A DNA stretch of 63,704 nucleotides, counting the filler, from Licmophora abbreviata (taxonomy: Eukaryota): assembly GCA_900291995.1 (NCBI GenBank). It is 13 parts of 13 records of this genome, joined end to end, with 100 filler letters (N's around TTAATTAATTAA, not from the genome) between each part and the next. Parts side by side here need not be neighbours in the genome. Positions count along the whole stretch, not along the records: positions 50,382 to 57,242 come from OLMU01006125.1; positions 57,343 to 59,086 come from OLMU01006126.1; positions 59,187 to 63,704 come from OLMU01006129.1; 10 more parts are not named here. One strand, 5' to 3'. Positions 54,169 through 63,704 of the stretch are shown piece after piece (position 1 is the stretch's first letter; every line of letters starts with the position of its first letter). The position numbers and the translations under genes were made by a program. Under the pieces are notes generated by a model. The model was not told the DNA's origin, did no database searches, and saw only the letters and a program-made list of their open reading frames with translations.

Positions 54169-57100
54169 TTAGAAGAATGAGAACAATCCTCCTTTCGATT
54201 CGTCTTCCTTAAGACAAATGGTGGGACGACAGTCAACGACGTAGCGCAAGTGGCACGTCTTTTGCTCGTCAACCATTGCATTGCAGGCTAGTGGCATTGC
54301 AAGGGGCTTCTCGTCTTCCTGACCAAAGATGAAAGTATCATCGTCGAACAGGTAAAAGTCAAACACCGACTTGCCGTTCGCACACTGAGCAGTATACGTC
54401 GCGACCTCTCCACAACCCACTTCCGTGGACGGAACACAGGTCATCTCGCCCCTCACATTCATGAAGTCAGACGCCATCCACGAGACTCGCCTCGTGTCAT
54501 GGTGATGATTCCACTTGCAGCCCTTCCATACCTGAGATACCGTAACTGTTACTGTGTCCACGTCCTGTGAAATGATCTCAACTGGCATAACGGTCGTATC
54601 CGCAATGCATTCGTCCACCTTAACGGTATGGATACCTGCGATTCTCGACCGTCGCATACAGTCTCTTTCCTTCGACTTTTTTCGTGTCCTCATTTCCTTC
54701 GTCTTTTCTGGCTCTTTCTTCGTCGTTTCGGGCTTCGCTAGCTCCTTCGGAGCTGTTTGCCTCTCGCTTTTGCTTGACCTCCAGAATGATCCAAGATAAT
54801 CAAGAACGCCGCCTCCACTCTCACCTGCGCATTTTGAGCATGGGATATACAGCTCCCAGTAGCAACGTTTCATGGGGTTGAATTCCTGGAACATGATGTC
54901 GTCTTGGCACTTGGGTGTATCCAATTCGAACCCAGGCTGCTGGATGGACAAGTCGTCTTCAAACCCGGCAACAACGCGGATCGTCGCCACACCATGCCTA
55001 CAGCCTGCCTCGTAAATATCAAGTCTGCTCTCTGTTTCTGTCTTTGGCGTCTCGTTCAAGCAGATGTAGTCACGGTGCACATCGTTCTTATCATGGAACC
55101 AAATCTGCAAATGATTTGGCGGATTCGCGAACGGCTGGTGAAGTTCAAACTTCACAGAGGTTTCTTTCTGCTCCTTGATGACAACATGTTCTGTACCAAA
55201 GTACAGACTGTTCGTACATTCTCTACCTTGCTCGAAACGGCGCTCCTCTACCGCGCACAATGGAGTCGAATGTTGGGGATGGTACTCCCTCAGCTTTCTC
55301 AGCATCTTTTCAAACGTCGGATACTCTCCAGGTGTTCCGAATTCCACATCGCGGTAGCTGTCGCCACCATCGATCGAAGCAAAGTAGTAATCCGACTCGC
55401 CTAGATGCCGTGATGTCATGCCAGCGAACTCACCCTCCGTTATTGCTACTGGCGCCTTGAATGAAAGAAGCTGATCTGGACTAGAGCTTTCGTGCATGAG
55501 AGCAACTGCTCCATCCTTCTGGAGATCAAACTTACCGGCATTAGCTTCATTGACAAGATAGGTGTCATATCCGTGGCTCGTGCTCTGTAATGTACCAATA
55601 GGGTAGATAGCCGTCATCTCTCCGTTTCTTTCATAAAGAATTACTTCGTATAATGATGTATCAGTTCCCTCGGCGACAGTCACCTCAACAAACTTATCTG
55701 CTGATGAGCCACCGTAGCGTATCTCAGAAATGAAGCCATTTGCACCCGGTAACCGAAGAGACGTTCTCTTTAAAGGAGGGAGCGTCGGTGGTCTCACTGG
55801 GGCATGTTCTTCTTCACGCTTTCCGGATACCGACGAAGCTTCCGACCGGCCAAGGTTCGAGATATCGTTTCCGGCCAGCGACCGTCGATCGTCACTGCTG
55901 CCACTGCCACTGCCACTGCCACTGCCACTGCCACTGCCGCTGCCGCTACCGCTGCTGATGGAATAATGGTTGTAGTTCACCCCTCCGTCGGTCGTGTAGA
56001 ACGCACCGTCTGTCTCACCGAGCTCTTGTGCCGACATTCCGATGAAGTCACCCTCCGTTGCAGTCACTGGTACCTTAAAGCTAATGAACTGGTCGACGAG
56101 GTCGTCACCATTCACCAAAGCAATGCCATGTTCATCCTTCAAATCGCTCCAGCTAGATGTGCGATCGTCGTTGAGCAGGTAGACGCCAAAACCAGCGTTT
56201 GTACTCACTCTGCTTCCCAGAGAGTCGTATAAGAAGGCCACGTCGCCATCCTTCTTGTATACGATGAGAGAGTAACCTGACGCATCGAGCCCCTCTGGAA
56301 GGGCAACCTCGATGAAGTTTCCGTCCTTATACGCAACCTCAGAAAAGAAGCCCTTATCACCCGTCGCATAGTATTCCGACTCGCTCAGGACGCCCGGAGT
56401 TCCCACATCTCTCTCCATGTACGTCAGACCTTCGTTATCTGTGTACAGCACAACGTTGGATTCGCCCAGTGGTTTTGACGTGTCACCAGCAGCTGGGCCT
56501 TCTACGCCTTGGACAGACGTCTTGAACGAGATGAACTGGTCGACCTGATCGGCTCCTCTGACCAAAGCGATCGCATTCTCATTGTCGAGATCCTCAAAGC
56601 TCGACATCCTCTCCTCGTTGATTAGGTACAAATCCATGCCATTGATGGACTTGACAGAGTTCCCTAGCCCGTAGATCTCCTCAACTTCACCATCCTTGTC
56701 GTAGACCTGTAGCGTGTACGAGGAAGAATCTGTATTCTCAGGGAGAACCACCTCAATGAAATCCTCCTTGTAGGATATCTCCGAAATGTAGCCCGGATCT
56801 GGTCCATCTGATGGAGCAGTCGTCGGGAGGGACGTCGGTGCTGGCGTAGGATTGGTGGTCGGCCTTGCTGTTGGGTTTGGAGTCGGTCGAGATGTAGGCA
56901 CGGGGGTCGGCTCCGCCGTCGGGTATGCCGTCGGCATTCTAGACGGATTTTCCGTGGGGCTTAGCGTCGGATCATGTGTCGGACTAGGAGTTGGCTGTCG
57001 GGTCGGTTGAGGGGTGGGCTCGGGCGTCGGACGAGATGTTGGCACCGGTGTAGGGTTAACGGTCGGATCTGTTATCGGACTAGCCGTAGGGTCCGGCGTT

Positions 57101-57242
57101 GGCCAGAGAGTAGGACTCCTTGTGGGATTCTCAGTCGGTTGAGACGTTGGACTAGACGTGGGATGTTCCGTGGGATCCGATGTTGGATGAGAAGTAGGAC
57201 TAGGTGTCGATCCAGGTGATGTATTTTGGGTGCTGGAACTTC
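54169..57242 (-). CDS. Large extracellular modular protein (5' end missing): PT repeats, three lamin-tail-like domains, GS linker, two Cys-rich domains; paralog of 22871-26981
   Basis: PTxxPT repeats, then YISEISY / FFSEVAY / FISEIRY domains with FIEV, ALV and DQFISFK. A (GS)n linker is encoded by a CCACTG repeat at about 55900-55955. The C-terminal domain reads PVEIISQD..TVTVTVSQVWKGC...CHLRYVVDCRP. Confidence 0.82.
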
Positions 57243-57342
57243 NNNNNNNNNNNNNNNNNNNNNNNNNNNNNNNNNNNNNNNNNNNNTTAATTAATTAANN
57301 NNNNNNNNNNNNNNNNNNNNNNNNNNNNNNNNNNNNNNNNNN

Positions 57343-58209
57343 ATATTCTTCGGCCCAAAGGCGTCAGCGTAGGCCTCTAGCATTTCAGGACGAAAATTTG
57401 GATCCCCGCTGCTCCCTATCGTGTTGAGCACACATCTTTCAAAAGTGCGCCCCGGCCCATCCTTGGCCTGCTGATTGCATTGAGAAAGTAGCTGTGACGC
57501 TTTGCCGCGATGCACGTACACAATCTTGACATGAAAGTCCCGAAGAATCTCAGCAAGCATTTCGATATAGTCCGGTTCCTTGCTGAGCATGACAAAGAAT
57601 TCCGAAGAGAAAAGAACGCTGTTGTGTTTTGGAGCCCCGGTAATGGCCTTCGCAAAGCAGTCCCCGTGATTCGACGCCAAACACATGTTGTGGGTCTCTG
57701 GCGGACTGTGGATGCCAAGAATCAGTTTTCCCAGGCCATGCGCCGGGGTACACGAGCACTGCGCACAGTATGGAACCGTCCAGTTCAATGCCGCGAGGTC
57801 ATTCGCGTATCTACATATATCGTCCTGAATGGAAGTTGACGCAGTCTACCTCCGTGTGTGGCAAGAGCTGGTGAGGACGGTTACTGGATACGAGATTCAC
57901 GCGGTATCTAATCAGCGAACAATCGAGTGTAAACCATCGTACCTTGAAGGGTCCAATGTGGACTAGGGCAATGCGCTTCTGTGGGTGGACGCTGACGGGA
58001 GATCCGCCCGTTTCGAAAGTCCGAATTGGCTCATCAGTATTCTCAAAGGCGGGGGCTTTGCTCGTCTTGACACGGACCAACGGCGAGTGATCCGAAGTCG
58101 TCCCTTGCAATCGGAGAAGAGCTGGAGAAGCAAGCTGAATCGCCATGGTCCATATCGAGAGGATTGCGACCCATTTCAGGCATTGGGTAAGGGCGGACGA
58201 GATATGCAT
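57343..58209 (-). CDS. Type II membrane P-loop/sulfotransferase-like protein, 3' truncated (intron 57846-57942)
   Basis: N-terminal TM. Splicing gives ALVHIGPFK-TASTSIQ, a PAPS-binding-loop-like motif, followed by FSSEFF and VKIVYVHR. Confidence 0.65.
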
Positions 58210-58820
58210 GTCGGTCGGTACCAGTTTGAGTTTGTGAGTAGTTAAGTGTACTTGAATTTTCTTCCGCTGTGCGTCGTTTTCAGCGAGAAAAGTGGATTTT
58301 GTGGTGATTGAAGCTCAGGTTTCGCTCGTTGGCCTGTGGAGAAGCGAAGAAAAGGTCGATGAAGAGATGCCGTTCGATCTCATGGTTCACGGTTCACTCC
58401 TCGCCGAAAAACTTGCGTTTGGGGGGATGATGTTCGAGGTGCGAGGTCGCGGAGGAGATATAAGTGCTCCGGTTCCGAATATATATCAATTGATACGGAG
58501 TATTCAAACATTCTAATTTTGTTTAAAATTATATCATTGATTTTACTTAAGTGTTGAAGGTTAGTATAGATTCGACTCAACGCCTCGGAGAACACAATTT
58601 TGAACTTTTGTTGTGTAAAAATTCAATTCAAACATGAAAAATGGGGGCTTTCTCACGACTGACGACTTCACGGTGATGGTTGTTATCGACATAATTCGCG
58701 CACCTAGACTCACCCACAGTGTTTCATTCGAGGTATCATCTTCACCAGTACATCATCACCAACAAACTGTTTCTGGCAACAGAACTGCCCCTAGACGTCC
58801 ATCATACCACCAGAAACACC

Positions 58821-59086
58821 ATGACACGGAATCCTTTCCTGCCTGCTACCATGTTCCTGGTCTTCCTCGTCGCAACGCCGGCTGCCCTCCTTCTACTCCG
58901 CCGAGGGCTGCCACGCGAAGGCTTTCCCCAAACACTGCGAAGCCCCACCAACTGGACAGAAGAAGCGCTCTCACAGGACTCGTCTTGGTGTCCGTTTGCG
59001 ACCTGCGTGGATTCGCCTCTCTGCGCTCCGTGCAGAAAACGCTACCTCATCCTGATCGCGACCGGTCGATCGGCCTCGACCTCGAT
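58821..59086 (+). CDS. 5' fragment of a type II membrane sulfotransferase-like protein
   Basis: TM segment, a small Cys cluster, then YLILIATGRSASTS (5'-PSB-like), truncated by the gap. Confidence 0.55.
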
Positions 59087-59560
59087 NNNNNNNNNNNNNN
59101 NNNNNNNNNNNNNNNNNNNNNNNNNNNNNNTTAATTAATTAANNNNNNNNNNNNNNNNNNNNNNNNNNNNNNNNNNNNNNNNNNNNTCGTCGCCTCCAAA
59201 CATCACAATGCACCTTTCGAGCCCCCATGGCTGTGATTTCCCAGTCTTTGGAGCGAGACGCGCAGAGGTCTACATTCTAGAGTAGCGCAGATCGTCTGCT
59301 GAAGAGAAATCAACGCGTGTCGTTTTGACTGCGACAGTGTATTCTGGTGCCACGAGGCAATTGAGCATGAAGGACTCACGACTGGAGCCGGGAACTGCTT
59401 TTTCTTTCTCACAATTTCATGCAGCACTGCAAGAAAGCTACGACGAAAACGAAAGATTACCATAACCCCTGTCCCGATGCTCAGTCGAAACGAAATTGAA
59501 CTTAGAATTCGGGCTCGCCAGAGAGGCCGCTCCAAGCGGCGTTCATGGAAAAGCACCGGA

Positions 59561-61552
59561 ATGTCCTTGCTGACCATCCTCGTGGCAGTCGCCGCTCTCT
59601 TCGTACTCATCCCCGCACCAGTCACAGCGCAACAGAAATCCGTCGATCCTTCCGAAACCACCGTCATTGGTATTGATCTGGGAACGACTTACTCATGTGT
59701 CGGTGTGTACAAGGCTGGTATAGGAGTCGAGATTATCCCGAACCACCAGGGCAATCGCATCACTCCGAGCTATGTCGCCTTTACCGATAACAACGAACGC
59801 TTGGTGGGGGACTCAGCCAAGAATCAAGCGACTCTTAATCCCCAAAACACTATCTTTGACGTCAAGCGACTCATTGGGCGCGAGTACTCTGATGAGTCGG
59901 TTCAATCCGACAAGAAGCTTGTCCCCTATAACATCGTATCCAAGGCCAACAAGCCCATGATCCAAGTCAACAACAGCGACGGAACGAATCAACTGTATGC
60001 TCCGGAAGAAATATCTGCCATGGTGCTAGCCAACATGAAAGCAACCGCCGAAGCGTATTTGGGCCACGAGGTGAAACGGGCCGTCGTTACGGTACCGGCC
60101 TACTTCACAGAGTCGCAACGTATCGCTACAAGAGACGCCGGACGCATCGCTGGACTCAAAGTCGAGCGCATCATTAATGAGCCGACTGCAGCGGCCATGG
60201 CCTATGGACTGAACGAGCTTATGGACAAGACGAAGGGAGAGTCCAACGTGCTTGTCTTTGATTTGGGTGGGGGCACTTTTGATGTGACGCTTCTCAACAT
60301 TGATAATGGTGTTTTCGAGGCAATAGCCACCAACGGAGATACCCATCTTGGTGGTGAGGATTTCGACCAGCGTGTTATGCAGTATTACATGAAAAAGATA
60401 CAAAAGAGAGATGGCATCGACATGTCGAAGGATGCCCGGGCGATCCAGAAGTTGCGCAAGGAGGTCGAACGTGTCAAGCGAGCGCTGAGTTCCCAGACCC
60501 AGGCGCGGTTGGAAATCGATAGCTTGGTTCCTGGCTATGATCTCTCAGAGACATTGACCCGCGCGCGATTCGAAGAGCTCAATGCCGATCTATTCAAAAA
60601 GACGTTTGGGCCTGTCAGGCACGTGTTGGAGTCGTCCAATCATCCAAAAGAAGACGTCGACCAGATTGTTCTCGTCGGTGGATCCACACGCATACCCAAG
60701 ATCCAGCAACTGCTTTCAGATTTCTTTGATGGAAAGGAAGTCTCAAAGAAGGTGAATCCCGACGAGGCAGTTGCCTACGGCGCTGCGGTCCAAGGCGCAG
60801 TGATTAGTGGAGTCAAGGACGATACCATTGACTCGGTTGTTCTCATGGATATCACTCCGTTGTCGCTTGGTATCGAGACTGTGGGCGGCATAATGACTCA
60901 AATCATCAAGCGCGAAACGACTGTTCCAACAAAGCGCTCTCAGGTCTTTTCGACCAATCAGGATAATCAGTCGGTTGTTTCGATTCAAGTGTACGAAGGA
61001 GAGCGTTCCACTACGAAGGACAACCACTTACTCGGAAAGTTCGAGCTCACTGGTATTGCGCCTGCGCCTCGTGGCGTCCCACAGATTGAAGTCACGTTTG
61101 AAGTTGACGCCAACAACATCTTGCAAGTGTCGGCTCATGACAAGGGCACTGGCAAGTTGGAGAAGATTACTATCACTGCTGAGAAAGGCCGTCTAACAGA
61201 GGACGAGATTAACCGCATGGTTCTTGAAGCAGAGGAATTTGCCGAGGAGGATCGAATGATTAAGGAGCGCATCGACGCTCACAATGGACTCGAATCCTAT
61301 CTTTTCAACTTGAAGCACACGCTTGACGATAGCCCTAACGAGAAGTTATCTGCCCAGGACCAGAAAGAACTACATGACATGATTGACGAGACATTGGACT
61401 GGATGGACGAGAACGCAGAGGCTGGGACAGACGACTACGACAGCAAACAGAAGGAAGTCGAGCACATAGCCATGCCCCTAATGCGCAAGCTGTATGACAG
61501 CGGAGATAACTCAGACGCCAACATGGACGACTTCGGAGACGATGAGTTGTGA
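59561..61552 (+). CDS. BiP: ER luminal Hsp70 (BiP/GRP78)
   Basis: Signal peptide [23 protein letters not shown], motifs [19 protein letters not shown] and [10 protein letters not shown], and a C-terminal DDEL retention signal. Confidence 0.96.
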   Translation: MSLLTILVAVAALFVLIPAPVTAQQKSVDPSETTVIGIDLGTTYSCVGVYKAGIGVEIIPNHQGNRITPSYVAFTDNNERLVGDSAKNQATLNPQNTIFDVKRLIGREYSDESVQSDKKLVPYNIVSKANKPMIQVNNSDGTNQLYAPEEISAMVLANMKATAEAYLGHEVKRAVVTVPAYFTESQRIATRDAGRIAGLKVERIINEPTAAAMAYGLNELMDKTKGESNVLVFDLGGGTFDVTLLNIDNGVFEAIATNGDTHLGGEDFDQRVMQYYMKKIQKRDGIDMSKDARAIQKLRKEVERVKRALSSQTQARLEIDSLVPGYDLSETLTRARFEELNADLFKKTFGPVRHVLESSNHPKEDVDQIVLVGGSTRIPKIQQLLSDFFDGKEVSKKVNPDEAVAYGAAVQGAVISGVKDDTIDSVVLMDITPLSLGIETVGGIMTQIIKRETTVPTKRSQVFSTNQDNQSVVSIQVYEGERSTTKDNHLLGKFELTGIAPAPRGVPQIEVTFEVDANNILQVSAHDKGTGKLEKITITAEKGRLTEDEINRMVLEAEEFAEEDRMIKERIDAHNGLESYLFNLKHTLDDSPNEKLSAQDQKELHDMIDETLDWMDENAEAGTDDYDSKQKEVEHIAMPLMRKLYDSGDNSDANMDDFGDDEL

Positions 61553-61911
61553 GGGTTCTTGTTCGAAAGTTGAGCCTACGGCTCGAACGATTAGTGTTTA
61601 GAGCGACTGCCTCTCTCTTACTAGTACTGTAGCCAAGTTGTGCCAGGAAAGGCAAATCTGAAAAGAATATAGTCCTAACGTACAGGACGTTCAAAGTTGC
61701 GGTTGGTACCGGTATCATACAACCAGCCACACCACCAGAGCGAGATTTTCTGCGAGCTCGGGTTTGTGCAAGATGCCGTTAGTCGAATGAATCATCTGGT
61801 GACTTGACACAAAAACTGAAAAGAAGAAAAAAGCATTCCAAAAAATCCGCCACACACTCCTACTCTTTCGCTGCTCCGCCGGTACCGTTCCATATCATCT
61901 GTCTGTTGACC

Positions 61912-62616
61912 ATGTTGGCTTCCGCTTCCTCTTCTCTGGTCTTGCTCCTCTGGATTGCTTCCCTTGCCCGTGGCGCTGAGATAAGGCTCACGTCACAGCA
62001 GCTGTACCAGGGTCTCCTCGACGGACAATTTCAGGCACTCGTCGACGTCAGATCTCAGACAGAGTGGGACCAGGGACACATTGAGAATGCTACCCTGTTG
62101 GTCGATCTCAATCAGTTCGGAGCCTCTGATACAGCAGCTTCACCAAATGATATTATTGGATGCAAGAGTTGCAGCGTTGCTGTATATTGTCGGTCTGGAT
62201 CTCGTGCGTCGGCCGCCATTCGAATTCTCGAGGACAACGGGTTCACCGGGTCGCTCTACAATGGACTTGGAACTTCTCAATGGCTGAATGCAGGCTTCCC
62301 CCTGAGTCTCGCTCCATCTGTAGATCCTCCCTGTAAAACGAGGGGAACGTGCGATTGCAGCGTGGGTGAGCCTTGTGTCGAAGAAGCCCCAGTGGATGCT
62401 CTTTCAAATGTCCCGTCTTCGATGCCTTCAGCAACACCAACGGCACCTGCTCTTCCTACTATTACAATACAACCTGTCCCTCAGAGAAAAGAAGAGCAGC
62501 CCTCTCCGTTTCGCTGTAGAGGTATTGGTCGCGGTGATGCGGGGACGGGCGGAGAATCAGGTCGTGTCAGTCGAGCTGGGGACAATTGTGTTCGTCGGCT
62601 GCTTCGCGGTGACTGA
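61912..62616 (+). CDS. Secreted single-domain rhodanese-like protein
   Basis: Signal peptide, LVDVRSQTEWDQGHIENA, active-site loop VYCRSGSRA, and a Pro/Ser-rich tail. Confidence 0.85.
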   Translation: MLASASSSLVLLLWIASLARGAEIRLTSQQLYQGLLDGQFQALVDVRSQTEWDQGHIENATLLVDLNQFGASDTAASPNDIIGCKSCSVAVYCRSGSRASAAIRILEDNGFTGSLYNGLGTSQWLNAGFPLSLAPSVDPPCKTRGTCDCSVGEPCVEEAPVDALSNVPSSMPSATPTAPALPTITIQPVPQRKEEQPSPFRCRGIGRGDAGTGGESGRVSRAGDNCVRRLLRGD

Positions 62617-63084
62617 ATGCAGTCGGGGAATGAACGATGCGTCACATGGTCTTTCAGTCTCAAGTGGAATGATCTTCACCTGTCAGTCGCTTCAGTCGAA
62701 GGATAGAAAGTCAACTACACACAGACGCCTTAACTACCAGATCTCTAGAGTATCGGCACGCACCAACTCGTAGACTAGTTTCCCAAAAGCGTAGCTAGCC
62801 TGCTCTCCCTCTCGCAGGCTACTACTGCAGCTCTATAGTCTAGACTACTACAGTAGAGAGAAAGTTGTATGGCTCGCTGTTTCTTTCTTCATGCTCATTC
62901 GCTGAAGAGCTTTGGCTTGCGTCCTCTTCGTGGCTTTTTTCCTTTTCCTTTTTGAAAAAGAAGTACCAGTTTGGGTACAAAATACAAAATACAGCACGAA
63001 AAAGAACTTTGGCGCATGAACCATGAAGCAAAACGGGAGACGGGAGCCTGACGACTTGGCCGTACGGAGCCACTGCCTCGTAGA

Positions 63085-63702
63085 ATGCAACTATACTACT
63101 GTTTTGTCCTTGCACTATGTCTGACTTCGTGTCGAGCCTTTTCGGTTGCAGGAGCTGGTCAGTCAGAGGGACGGAATGTACAGAGAAGTTTAGAAGCAGA
63201 TGAGACCAACAGTCTTGAGAACTCGTTCGCGGTCGCGACATCGAGCAACAGCGCTCTGACTCTCCAGGAGCAAGCCAAAAAGCTTCGGTCGGAGGCTGAG
63301 TCGCTGAAAATCTCTCTAGAGAAAGCAAAGGAACAGAAATTGCAAAGGGAGCTGGACAACGTCGACAAGTGGATCGACAAACTGCTGGTGAACACTACCA
63401 TTGACGATCAAACACAAATGCTCAATACGGTCGAACAAGTCAAGCAGCTACTGCAGGACGAACGATTCTCTCAGGAGCAGGTCAACAAGATGTTCGATAG
63501 AATCTGTGAAACGGGCCCACCGCAGAGTCGAAGCCGTTGCTCGCCGCTCATGGAATTGTTGGTCGATGCCGCTGGCAAACTTGACGAAATTGAGCGAGAC
63601 GACAATCCGAACAAGCGTTGGAACGGTCGTGTCGAACGACAGTTACGAAAAAGATTGTTTGCCATGGACTGGGGAATAGAACTGGAGAGAGAAGATGACT
63701 AG
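63085..63702 (+). CDS. Hypothetical coiled-coil protein with probable plastid presequence
   Basis: Signal peptide ending CRA-FSV and the coiled coil LQEQAKKLRSEAESL. The ORF is complete at 205 aa. Confidence 0.7.
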   Translation: MQLYYCFVLALCLTSCRAFSVAGAGQSEGRNVQRSLEADETNSLENSFAVATSSNSALTLQEQAKKLRSEAESLKISLEKAKEQKLQRELDNVDKWIDKLLVNTTIDDQTQMLNTVEQVKQLLQDERFSQEQVNKMFDRICETGPPQSRSRCSPLMELLVDAAGKLDEIERDDNPNKRWNGRVERQLRKRLFAMDWGIELEREDD

Positions 63703-63704
63703 CG

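Noticed and set aside
55740..56232. (CH)n, (LP)n and (AT)n repeat peptides, e.g. a metal-binding His-Cys protein
   Set aside because: These are alternative frames of the CCACTG hexamer repeat encoding the GS linker on the minus strand.
59477..59560. Arg-rich N-terminal extension on BiP
   Set aside because: The downstream ATG at 59561 begins a typical signal peptide, so the extension is probably 5' UTR.

Overview
This is eukaryotic nuclear DNA, most likely from a pennate diatom. The evidence is short GT-AG introns, several signal peptide + ASAFAP-type plastid-targeting presequences, a silicanin-like gene, RXL processing motifs and an ER BiP ending in DDEL. The window is a scaffold of 13 contigs joined by artificial 100-nt linkers (N44-TTAATTAATTAA-N44), and several genes cross these gaps. 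Housekeeping genes include an HSF, plastid rps15, a TPR-DnaJ, mitochondrial-type PGAM, threonine synthase, a mitochondrial carrier, TRM5, a thioredoxin, BiP and a rhodanese. The most notable items are: (1) an intronless 1132-aa membrane-anchored fusion of NDP-sugar epimerase, NDP-hexose C-methyltransferase and glycosyltransferase-like domains, which looks like a one-polypeptide branched-sugar pathway; (2) an intact GC-rich tyrosine-recombinase (DIRS/Ngaro-type) retrotransposon; (3) two paralogous modular extracellular proteins combining Pro-Ser/Pro-Thr stalks, repeated bacterial-like lamin-tail-type domains and Cys-rich domains; (4) a decayed Helitron-type helicase relic; and (5) microexons, a hidden tail anchor and a candidate structured RNA. 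All family assignments come from motif recognition by eye; no database searches were run.
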